Assembly (NCBI GenBank): GCA_963709285.1
Contig: CAVPVR010000002.1
Location: 65,491-129,490, forward strand
Direction: 5' to 3'
From: an uncultured delta proteobacterium
GTDB taxonomy: Bacteria > Desulfobacterota > Desulfobaccia > Desulfobaccales > 0-14-0-80-60-11
Length of the DNA stretch: 64,000 nt
This document shows positions 39,676 through 46,944 of the stretch, piece by piece. The position numbers and the translations under genes are program-made. Under the pieces are notes generated by a model. It saw only the letters and a program-made list of their open reading frames with translations, ran no database searches and was not told the origin of the DNA. Each line of letters starts with the position of its first letter. Position 1 is the first letter of the stretch.

Positions 39676-40878
39676 ATGGGAACGGGAGCGGGGATGTGGA
39701 GGTGTTTTGAAGCCGACCTGGAAATCCTGGTGCACCGGGGCCACCTGTACCTTCCCCTGGTTTTAGATCCAGAGATCAACCAGGAGATTCAGGCCCCGAT
39801 TTCCCCAAGTTATTCGTGGGATCAATCGCCCGGCGGGCTCAGCCGTTCACCGGTGCCTACGGTCCTGGCTGTCCTGGATAGATGGTTCGTCCAGGCGGTG
39901 AGCGCTTCCTCCCTGGTTGACAACTACGCCCAGCTTTTTCCCCAAGACCACGAAGACCGCCGGCGGACTCTCCGTGAACAATACTCTCTGACCGCGGACC
40001 TCTTTGGGGTGGCCCTGGACCCCCACCTGGTCGCCATCGTTTTTCACATTTTACCCCATTTTCTCAGGCGGGATGGATTTCAGAGACGGCGGCGCTTACA
40101 GGAGGGGGAGGTCCTGGATTTCATCCGGGAGCGAGTCCAGGTGCCCCACTACTTCGACCAACAAGCGCGGAGTTTCCTGGATGTCAATCCTCTGAAGGAG
40201 GCCCTCCGGCGCCTGGAAACCGTTCATCTTGAGCCCAAACCACCTCCAGAGGGATTGGTGCCGGCAGCCGATCTGGGGGCCTGGTGGGAGGAGGTCCTAA
40301 CAGCCCAACTTCTGGCCGAGGAGCGCAACCGCCTCTTCCAGGAGATCGAGGAACGGGAGCACTGGGCCACGGCTCAGGAAAGTCGTCTGGCGGTTCTGCT
40401 CTATTTAGCTCAAAAAGGGTCCCTGGAACTGGACGGCTTCGGGTTCTCCCGGATGAGGCGGGGCCAGGATTACCGGGTTTACAAGCGCACCGGGCCCTAT
40501 GCCCTCCAGGACTTTTATGGCCATTTGTACCTCTTCCCGGATTGCCGGGTGGCGGTCACCACTTTGGGGCGCCTGCGGCCCGTGGTGGTGGATCACTATA
40601 AGCACCCGTTCCTGAGAAGGTACGCTTCTGGCCAGGAAATCTGCATAGGTCCCGAAAGCAGTAATCTTTCTTTTTCGGCAAAAAACGCCATCCAGGTCCT
40701 GGAGGAAGGGATCAACGCGCTCTTGTACAGCTACGACGGCCGGCACCGCGCCGGCTACCACAGACTGTTTGTGCTGCCGGGGATGATGCGACTGGTGGAC
40801 TTCGAAGACATTCGCATCCCGAAGGACCACCCCCTCATCGTCTCAGGGAAAGTGGAAGTGAAGAACCGGGCCACCTGA
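39676..40878 (+). CDS. E2/UBC-like protein candidate with a large N-terminal extension
   Basis: The C-terminal region YLFPDCRVAVTTLGRLRPVVVDHYKHPFLRRYASGQEICIGPES...AIQVLEEGINALLY mirrors the UBC layout (FP..., HPN-like HPF, G-x-x-I-C-[LI], following helix). The candidate catalytic Cys323 codon is at 40642-40644. Confidence 0.45.
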   Translation: MGTGAGMWRCFEADLEILVHRGHLYLPLVLDPEINQEIQAPISPSYSWDQSPGGLSRSPVPTVLAVLDRWFVQAVSASSLVDNYAQLFPQDHEDRRRTLREQYSLTADLFGVALDPHLVAIVFHILPHFLRRDGFQRRRRLQEGEVLDFIRERVQVPHYFDQQARSFLDVNPLKEALRRLETVHLEPKPPPEGLVPAADLGAWWEEVLTAQLLAEERNRLFQEIEEREHWATAQESRLAVLLYLAQKGSLELDGFGFSRMRRGQDYRVYKRTGPYALQDFYGHLYLFPDCRVAVTTLGRLRPVVVDHYKHPFLRRYASGQEICIGPESSNLSFSAKNAIQVLEEGINALLYSYDGRHRAGYHRLFVLPGMMRLVDFEDIRIPKDHPLIVSGKVEVKNRAT

Positions 40879-40879
40879 C

Positions 40880-41287
40880 ATGGACCTTAAGGACTCTTTT
40901 CGCCGGGACCGGCTTCGGGGGAAGGAGAAGGAGCCCTGGGCCCCCTCCCTGTTCTCTCAGGTCGGAGGGCTGGTGCGGCGTCATCGACTGGGAGAGGCAT
41001 TTTGTCAGCTTCTCGGGCAGATGACTACGGCAAGTGCGGAAACCTTAGCGCAGACCCACCGATCTGCTCCCAAGGCCCCTTTCGAGCCACCCCTGTTTTT
41101 TTTGGCCACCGCAGAGGATTATCAGGTGATTCAGAAAATTCTCTCGGGCCTAAACAACCCCTACCTGGCTTGGGCCTGCAGTCCGGAGGAAATTCTTCTG
41201 TCGCCAACCCTGTGGAGCCGGCGTCCCGGCCTTGACCCAGAGGTGCTGGCCACCCACCACTTTGCGGCGTTGCTTTTACATGATTAA
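40880..41287 (+). CDS. Hypothetical protein of the Ubl operon
   Basis: 135-aa ORF starting 1 nt after the upstream stop. No family recognised. Confidence 0.5.
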   Translation: MDLKDSFRRDRLRGKEKEPWAPSLFSQVGGLVRRHRLGEAFCQLLGQMTTASAETLAQTHRSAPKAPFEPPLFFLATAEDYQVIQKILSGLNNPYLAWACSPEEILLSPTLWSRRPGLDPEVLATHHFAALLLHD

Positions 41288-41289
41288 AT

Positions 41290-41340
41290 TTGAGAGGAGG
41301 GCTGGGGGAGCGCGGCTCCCCCACTCTCCCCCCAAAAAAC
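41290..41340. repeat. G/C-tract hairpin repeat copy
   Basis: GAGAGGAGGGCTGGGGGAGCGCGGCTCCCCCACTCTCCCCCC is palindromic and lies between the 135-aa gene and the clpX-like gene. Confidence 0.5.
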
Positions 41341-41364
41341 CTGTTCACATCACAAGGAGTACTC

Positions 41365-42468
41365 ATGCCGAATGGCATAACTGATGAGAAGCGGCGGCGC
41401 CTCGAAGAAAAGATGGAGCAGTTTCGGGAACGTCAGATAGACGAGGCGGTGCAGCACATCCTTGAATTCGACAAGACTCCTACGACCCTGAAGGCCGAAG
41501 TGGACCGGTTCGTCATCGGCCAGGAGAAGGGGAAAAAGATTATCGCCACGGCCATCGCGTTCCATTATAAGCGGCTGGGTGCCGCGTTGAAGCGCACCTT
41601 GGGAGAACACAACGGCAGCATCGAGAGCGCCCTCAAGAGCACCCGTACCCCCAAGGCCAACATCCTCATGGTGGGTCCCACCGGGTGCGGCAAGACCTAC
41701 ACCAGCGAGACCGCCTCGGAGCTGGTGGGGGTGCCCTTCGTGGTAGAGGACATGACCAAGTTCAGCGAGGTGGGCTACGTGGGCATGAATGTCAGCGACA
41801 TCCTGGTGGACCTCCTCATCTCCGGAGACGGCAACCCGAATGTGGCCCAGATGGGTATCGTCTACCTGGACGAAGTTGACAAGATTGCCGCCGAGACCTC
41901 CACCGTCCGGGATGTTTCGGGGAAGGGAGTCCAGAAGGGTCTTCTCAAGCTGGTGGAGGGGGTGGACAACACCCTGGAGATCGGCAAGGAGCGTTTCTCT
42001 CTTTCCACCAAGCACGTGCTGTTTATTGCCGGGGGGGCTTACGACAGCCTGGAAGGCATCGTCAGGAAGCGCCTGGCCCGCCTGAATGTGACGGGCGACT
42101 GGCGGGACCACCTGGCCACCGAGGACCTGGTTTCCTTCGGTATGGAGCGCCAGCTTGTGGGCCGCTTCCCGGTCCGGGTGGTGTATGATCGCCTCACCAC
42201 CCAGGAACTCCAGGACATCCTGACCAAGAGCGCCGACAGTCCCCTCCGGGCTTACGTCCAGGACCTGGAAAGCTGGGGCATCGACCTGAAATACACCGAG
42301 GAGGCCCTGGGGGAGATCGCCCGCCGGGCCAAGCGGGAGGGCACCGGGGCCCGGGGACTGGTGGGCATCCTCCACCGGGTGCTGCTCGAGGACATGTTCC
42401 GCCTACCCGGCAACTACACGGGAGAGCTCATGATGGACGGAGCCTACATCCGGGAGAAACTGGGATGA
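41365..42468 (+). CDS. ClpX-like AAA+ unfoldase lacking the Zn-ribbon, RKH and IGF (ClpP-docking) elements
   Basis: VIGQEKGKK, Walker A GPTGCGKT, pore loop GYVG, Walker [30 protein letters not shown], and sensor region GARGL. There is no N-terminal C4 domain and no GIGF motif. A CAAGGAG RBS precedes the ATG at 41365. Confidence 0.85.
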   Translation: MPNGITDEKRRRLEEKMEQFRERQIDEAVQHILEFDKTPTTLKAEVDRFVIGQEKGKKIIATAIAFHYKRLGAALKRTLGEHNGSIESALKSTRTPKANILMVGPTGCGKTYTSETASELVGVPFVVEDMTKFSEVGYVGMNVSDILVDLLISGDGNPNVAQMGIVYLDEVDKIAAETSTVRDVSGKGVQKGLLKLVEGVDNTLEIGKERFSLSTKHVLFIAGGAYDSLEGIVRKRLARLNVTGDWRDHLATEDLVSFGMERQLVGRFPVRVVYDRLTTQELQDILTKSADSPLRAYVQDLESWGIDLKYTEEALGEIARRAKREGTGARGLVGILHRVLLEDMFRLPGNYTGELMMDGAYIREKLG

Positions 42469-43262
42469 GGTTCAAGGCCCTCAAGGACCTGAGCCGGACG
42501 GCGCCCCAGGAGATTGTGCTGGCCTCTCTCCCGGAGCAGGTCCTGATGACGGACTTTGCCAAAGCCAAGGCCTTTGCGGTGAGTGAACTGGTGCGCCGGG
42601 TGCATGGGGAGGCGTTCGAGTGGTACGGCTTCACCCTGGCGGAGCGGGCCCGGCCGGAGGTCATCGTGGATGTGGGGCTTCCCGAAAACGACGAGAACCA
42701 GGAGACTTACACCAGCATCAGCCCGGAACGTATTGCAGCTTACCAGGAAACCCTACCGGCCGGGCAGATAATCAACGGCTGGCTCCACTCCCACGGCGCT
42801 CTGGAGTACCGTCAGTTCTCCCCGGTGGACGACCTCAACCAGGCGACGGTGCTGGACTACGTCACTTCCCTGCTCAAGATGCCCGTGGCCAAAAAGGAGG
42901 TGGTGATCCGGGATTTGACCTTCCTGTTGTTGGATGAGGAGGAGGCCGCAATCCAGGCCGCAGGCAGCGTCACCCTCCTCACCGATGTGCCGGTGGGCCG
43001 GGCCAAACTCCTGGAGACCATTTATGGGGGCTTCTGCTTCGGCATGGTCATCGGTGACAAAGGCTGGACCAAACAGGAGATCCATTACAAAACCCGGGGC
43101 GTCCTCACCGGCGAGACCCTGGTGAGCAAACGGGAAGCCGACCTGACCCTGGTGGCAACCGGGAAAAACCTCACGACCTCGGACCTGGAGGCCCTGGAAC
43201 TGGAGGTCAAGGAACGTATCCGACCCATTACCTATACCCCGGAAAAGCTGGAGCGGGGGTAG
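42465..43262 (+). CDS. JAB/MPN+ (JAMM) metalloprotease-like protein
   Basis: Upstream Glu (GEAFEWYGF) and [18 protein letters not shown] (H-x-H-x8-S-x2-D, one residue longer than the canonical x7), encoded at 42786-42830. Its start overlaps the clpX-like stop (ATGA). Confidence 0.7.
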   Translation: MRFKALKDLSRTAPQEIVLASLPEQVLMTDFAKAKAFAVSELVRRVHGEAFEWYGFTLAERARPEVIVDVGLPENDENQETYTSISPERIAAYQETLPAGQIINGWLHSHGALEYRQFSPVDDLNQATVLDYVTSLLKMPVAKKEVVIRDLTFLLLDEEEAAIQAAGSVTLLTDVPVGRAKLLETIYGGFCFGMVIGDKGWTKQEIHYKTRGVLTGETLVSKREADLTLVATGKNLTTSDLEALELEVKERIRPITYTPEKLERG

Positions 43263-43432
43263 GGGGAAAGGCAAATTAAAGTATCACTGGAATGTTGGGG
43301 TTGATTTGGTAATTGCATTTTTTTCTTTTCCCATATCTAAAAAGAATTTTTATATCTAATTTATTCTTTTAGATTTTGTTTAGATAGTTAAAATATACTA
43401 GAAGTTACTAAAAAGATGATGGTACTAACTTC

Positions 43433-44431
43433 ATGATTGAGTCTTGCGTATGGCGCCGCCTTTGTCGTCCCGAGGTTGGGATTCCGAACTCGATAAGTGA
43501 TCTGATTGCCCGGGAAGAATGGCTGAAAGGGGATTTTTTAACTTCCGTACGTATGGGGCCAACACTATTTATAGCGAGTGATTATGGTGGAGCGCACAAG
43601 GGTGCTGTATATGAGACCCTCTCGTTTCTCATGGCCGACTTGACATATGTTTGGTTATTTGACGAATTGCGTACAAAGCTACGCAATGAAGCGGTTCTAA
43701 AAAGTCGCCGTATGGCATACAAATCTTTAGGCGACCGTCGGAGACAAGAAGCACTTGTGCCGTTTCTTCGATCGGGTAACACGATCCCGGGACTTCTAAT
43801 GAATATTGTATTAGATAAAAACGCCTCCCAATTACTTTCAGAATCCTATCAACCTAAATTTGCCTTTGGCGAACTTAGCCATTGGTGTAAAGGGTCCTTT
43901 GAAAAACTCACGCGCGTTGGACAACTGGGAGCGATGCTTGTTGAGGGAATGTGCGCTCCAGGTCAGAATGTATTATGGATTTCTGACGAAGATGAGATAG
44001 CGCCAAACAGAGAGAAGTTGTTTGAGGCAACTAACGTTTTAGGCCATTACCTGAATCATTTCTGTTCTAATCAGATGGGGCACATGAGATTTGGAACTAC
44101 AAACGTGGACAATGGCAACCTCCGAATTGAAGATCTTGTCGCGCTCGTTGATCTTGCAGCTGGATGCCTCTCGGAGATCTTTACGCAAACGATGAAACTG
44201 TTTGGAAGCCCTGCAAGCAAAATCCTTATACCTGGGACGCACTCGTCATCTAAGAAAGCAAGAATTATTGCAAATTGGATGGCCCAGGGTAATCATCCTC
44301 TGAAGAAGCTAATCGTGTTGGTTGAAGCTCAAAATAATTCTTATATCACGAAAGTCGTAAACTTTTATCCAGAAGGCACAACAAACATTTTCGACTGGGT
44401 AGCCGATTTCGAGGAGTTGCTCAGAAATTGA
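43433..44431 (+). CDS. Hypothetical protein on a low-GC insertion
   Basis: 332-aa ORF, visibly AT-richer than its neighbours and preceded by a 170-bp AT-rich spacer. No family recognised. Confidence 0.6.
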   Translation: MIESCVWRRLCRPEVGIPNSISDLIAREEWLKGDFLTSVRMGPTLFIASDYGGAHKGAVYETLSFLMADLTYVWLFDELRTKLRNEAVLKSRRMAYKSLGDRRRQEALVPFLRSGNTIPGLLMNIVLDKNASQLLSESYQPKFAFGELSHWCKGSFEKLTRVGQLGAMLVEGMCAPGQNVLWISDEDEIAPNREKLFEATNVLGHYLNHFCSNQMGHMRFGTTNVDNGNLRIEDLVALVDLAAGCLSEIFTQTMKLFGSPASKILIPGTHSSSKKARIIANWMAQGNHPLKKLIVLVEAQNNSYITKVVNFYPEGTTNIFDWVADFEELLRN

Positions 44432-44497
44432 CTACTTCTAACTCTTTGAATTGTTTGACGTTTTAATATGTTAGCATCTTAGCGTTAGAATGTGAGT

Positions 44498-44728
44498 ATG
44501 AAGAATTCACCGAAACGAGCCACCATCTACTTCGAATCCGACCTGCACCGGGCCTTACGGGTGAAGGCGGCGGAGGTGGGCCAGTCGATGTCCGAACTGG
44601 TCAATCAGGCGGTGAAGCTTTCCTTGGCCGAGGACGCTAAGGATATAGCGGCCTTCGAGGAGCGCCAGCACGAACCCAGCCTGCCCTTTGAGGACGTCCT
44701 GAAAGACCTCAAGATAGGGAAGGGCTGA
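44498..44728 (+). CDS. Ribbon-helix-helix (CopG/antitoxin-like) protein, orphan
   Basis: KRATIYFESDLHRALRVKAAEVGQSMSELVNQAV is a typical RHH beta-strand plus two helices. No adjacent toxin ORF is seen. Confidence 0.7.
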   Translation: MKNSPKRATIYFESDLHRALRVKAAEVGQSMSELVNQAVKLSLAEDAKDIAAFEERQHEPSLPFEDVLKDLKIGKG

Positions 44729-44734
44729 GAGCAA

Positions 44735-44820
44735 GTCCCCCTTTGACAAAGGGGGATTTAGGGGGATTTTCGAGGGGTCAGGAAAAATCCCCTGACCCCC
44801 CTTTATTAAAGGGGGGGATT
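44735..44820. repeat. Family A nested-palindrome element, copy 2 (inverted)
   Basis: Its reverse complement aligns with 45058-45140 and 29466-29549 (…CCCCCTAAATCCCCCTTTgtcAAAGGGGGAC). Confidence 0.8.
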
Positions 44821-44852
44821 TTAAGCATAGGATATGCTAAGGAGCATTAAGG

Positions 44853-45041
44853 ATGGCAGAGCATTGGTGTAAAACCTGCTTTTTCAGAGGCCAATATGAC
44901 AAAAACCCCCAGTCATTGTTGGGGAGATTGTGGAAATGGCATGCCAACTGGTGCCCGGGCTGGAAATCCTACATGAGATCCATCCCGGATGAGGAACGCC
45001 TGGAATTAGCCGAAAAATATGATTTACCCAAATTCAGGTGA
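44853..45041 (+). CDS. Hypothetical small CxxC protein
   Basis: 62 aa reading MAEHWCKTCFFRG...WCPGW, with an AAGGAG RBS upstream. It is bracketed by inverted family A repeats. Confidence 0.45.
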   Translation: MAEHWCKTCFFRGQYDKNPQSLLGRLWKWHANWCPGWKSYMRSIPDEERLELAEKYDLPKFR

Positions 45042-45057
45042 AGCGACTGCCTATTTA

Positions 45058-45140
45058 CCCCCCTTTCTTAAAGGGGGGGTAGGGGGGATTATGTAAGGCT
45101 TTGATAATCCACCTAAATCCCCCTTTAGAAAAGGGGGACT
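45058..45140. repeat. Family A nested-palindrome element, copy 3
   Basis: Near-identical to 29466-29549 in the same orientation. Confidence 0.8.
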
Positions 45141-45218
45141 TTCAAAGTTCAATCCTGAAGTGACTCAGATAATGAGCCTGGTAATTCATGGAACACTACA
45201 TTAGCTGACTAAACCATT

Positions 45219-46721
45219 GTGACCTTGCCTGAAAACACCTATTTATCCCGGGATGAAGCAACTCCGGACGAGCGCCTGGACCGGCAGGTGCGCATTCCGG
45301 GGTGGAACCAGGAGGCGTTGGCCCAGGCCCGGGTGGGGGTGGTGGGAGACGACCCCTGGCTCACTGGCCTGGTGGTGACTTCGGCTGCGGCCCTGGGAAT
45401 CAACCGGCTGACGGTGGTGGCCCCGGACCTGGACCCCCGCTTGCTCTCGGCGACCCGGGGGCTTAATCCGGAGTTCAACCTTGCCTGGTTCCCAGGCTTT
45501 TTCAGCCATTCCCTCCTGGAGGACCTGCTCCGGGAATGCACCGTCCTGATTGACCTGGGCCACCACGGCCTGGCCACCAAGCTCCTCCTCAATCTGGCCC
45601 AAAGGAAAGGTCTCCCCCTGGTGCGGGCGTCTGACTTTGAGGAGGATGGGGTGGCGGGCCTCAGGCTCTTCACCTATCAGCCAGGCCGGGAATGGCGGGA
45701 ACTCCTGGAAGTGCTTCCTCAAGCCCAACTTCCTTCCCGGTGTCAGGGCGACCCGGTGCTGGCTCTGGTCACGGTGGGGCTGGTTCTCGAGGAAACCAAA
45801 AAGCTCCTCCTGGGGGAGGCGGTAACACCGGAGGTGATCTCATACTCTCGGGCCAGCTTAAAGACATTTAATTTGAGGGAGAGGGCTAGGGGCCGTGAGC
45901 CCCTACCCCCTCCCTCAAACTCCCTCCCCCAACCCCTTAAGGGGGAGAGAAATGCTGTAAAGTCGGGGCAAGCTGCCCCGACTTTACAAGCACATTGCGG
46001 GATGGGAGGGGGGCTTGATGGGAAGAAAGGGACCGGTAGCATGGGCTTCCAGCCCGTGGCACCCTGGCCTTACCCTCATGAGCTCATTTTTCTGGATTCC
46101 CCCATCGCGGTGGTGGGCGCCGGGGCCCTGGGGAACTTTGTGGCGTTGGGGTTGGCCGCTCTGGGCTTCACCCGCCTCACCTTTATCGATCCGGACCCGG
46201 TGGAGGTCACCAATCTGAACCGTCAGGTTCTCTTCTGGGACGCCGTGGGACAGCCCAAGGCCGAGGCGTTAGCAGAAAAAATCAAGGAGTGGTTCGGGGT
46301 GGCGGTCAGGGCTGACACGACATACATCACCCGGGAGACTGACTTGCGCGAGTTTGCCGTGGTGTTCGACTGCACGGACAATTTTGCCAGCCGCATTATC
46401 CTGAGCGAAAAGTGCCGGGAATATGGCCAAATCCTCATCAGCGGCGGCACCGGGGTGGAGGCCGGACAGGTAGTGGTCTTCGACCCCGCGCAAGGCGGCC
46501 CCACCCCCGCAGAGCTTCTGGGGCTTTATGACATCGTGGGACAGCGTGACATCGACGTCAAAGAGCGGGAACGGGCCTCCTGCGTCTATGCCCCTGAAGC
46601 CGCCATAATCATGACCAACCAGATCGTCGGGGGCCTTATGGTGGACACCCTGAGAAGACTGCTTACGGGAGAGCCGGCACCCAACCTCTTCTACGACGCC
46701 CGGAGTGAAAGGATGATTTAG
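45219..46721 (+). CDS. E1-like (ThiF/MoeB/UBA family) activating enzyme with a degenerate N-terminal and an intact C-terminal adenylation domain
   Basis: The C-terminal half, IAVVGAGALGNFVALGLAALGFTRLTFIDPDPVEVTNLNRQVLF...FDCTDNFASR, is a classic ThiF fold. The N-terminal half has a Rossmann-like layout but a degenerate loop (VGVVGDDPWLTG). GTG start. Confidence 0.8.
   Translation: MTLPENTYLSRDEATPDERLDRQVRIPGWNQEALAQARVGVVGDDPWLTGLVVTSAAALGINRLTVVAPDLDPRLLSATRGLNPEFNLAWFPGFFSHSLLEDLLRECTVLIDLGHHGLATKLLLNLAQRKGLPLVRASDFEEDGVAGLRLFTYQPGREWRELLEVLPQAQLPSRCQGDPVLALVTVGLVLEETKKLLLGEAVTPEVISYSRASLKTFNLRERARGREPLPPPSNSLPQPLKGERNAVKSGQAAPTLQAHCGMGGGLDGKKGTGSMGFQPVAPWPYPHELIFLDSPIAVVGAGALGNFVALGLAALGFTRLTFIDPDPVEVTNLNRQVLFWDAVGQPKAEALAEKIKEWFGVAVRADTTYITRETDLREFAVVFDCTDNFASRIILSEKCREYGQILISGGTGVEAGQVVVFDPAQGGPTPAELLGLYDIVGQRDIDVKERERASCVYAPEAAIIMTNQIVGGLMVDTLRRLLTGEPAPNLFYDARSERMI
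45873..46062. repeat. G/C-tract hairpin repeat modules inserted in frame inside the E1 gene
   Basis: TTGAGGGAGAGGGCTAGGGGCCGTGAGCCCCTACCCCCTCCCTCAAACTCCCTCCCCCAACCCCTTAA matches the intergenic element at 57548-57616. It also contains the hairpin AAAGTCGGGGCAagcTGCCCCGACTTT and a GGCTTCCAGCCCGTGGCAC motif. Confidence 0.7.
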
Positions 46722-46935
46722 GGGGGAAATATGCGGGAGAGGGGGGAAAGGGTCACAGACCCTTTCCCCCCCACTCCCAATCCCTCACATTAAGCGGGAG
46801 CAGAGGCTTCCAGCCTGTGTAGGAACAGGTAGGATGCCTGTTCTCCCGGTCAAGGGGAAGTGGGAGGAGGGTGTGGGAAGAGGGCATGTAAGGGCGGGTT
46901 TAAAACCCGCCCCTACGTCCCCGGCCTCCCCTCCA
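46719..46935. repeat. Cluster of repeat modules (G/C-tract hairpins plus the GGCTTCCAGCCTGTG/GAACAGG...CCTGTTC module plus the GGGCGGGTTTAAAACCCGCCC hairpin)
   Basis: Read directly. Positions 46795-46865 are the inverted counterpart of 55050-55125. Confidence 0.7.
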
Positions 46936-46944
46936 ACTCATGCT

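Noticed and set aside
41365-42468. Annotating this gene as the housekeeping clpX.
   Set aside because: It has no zinc-ribbon domain, no IGF loop, and no adjacent clpP, tig or lon. It is embedded in the Ubl/JAB/E1 operon.
44735-45140. Possible CRISPR-like array, because of repeated ~85-bp palindromic units.
   Set aside because: There are only two local copies, in opposite orientation. The units are far longer than CRISPR repeats and are themselves nested palindromes. A third copy lies 15 kb away, and there are no cas genes.
39298-46721. Reading the locus as a simple ThiS/MoaD-type sulfur-carrier pathway (Ubl + ThiF + JAB, as in CysO/Mec+ or QbsE/QbsD).
   Set aside because: There are no thiG, thiH, moaE, cysM or rhodanese partners in the operon. 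The E1 is a two-domain fusion, and an E2-like protein and an unfoldase are present. This reading is not formally excluded and is listed as the main refutation route for the finding.
46834-46944. N-terminal extension of the aldo/keto reductase (track start at 46834). The same applies to 55138-55215 for the thioesterase and 41290-41364 for the clpX-like gene.
   Set aside because: The extensions consist entirely of repeat-element sequence translated by chance. Homology begins at the internal starts.
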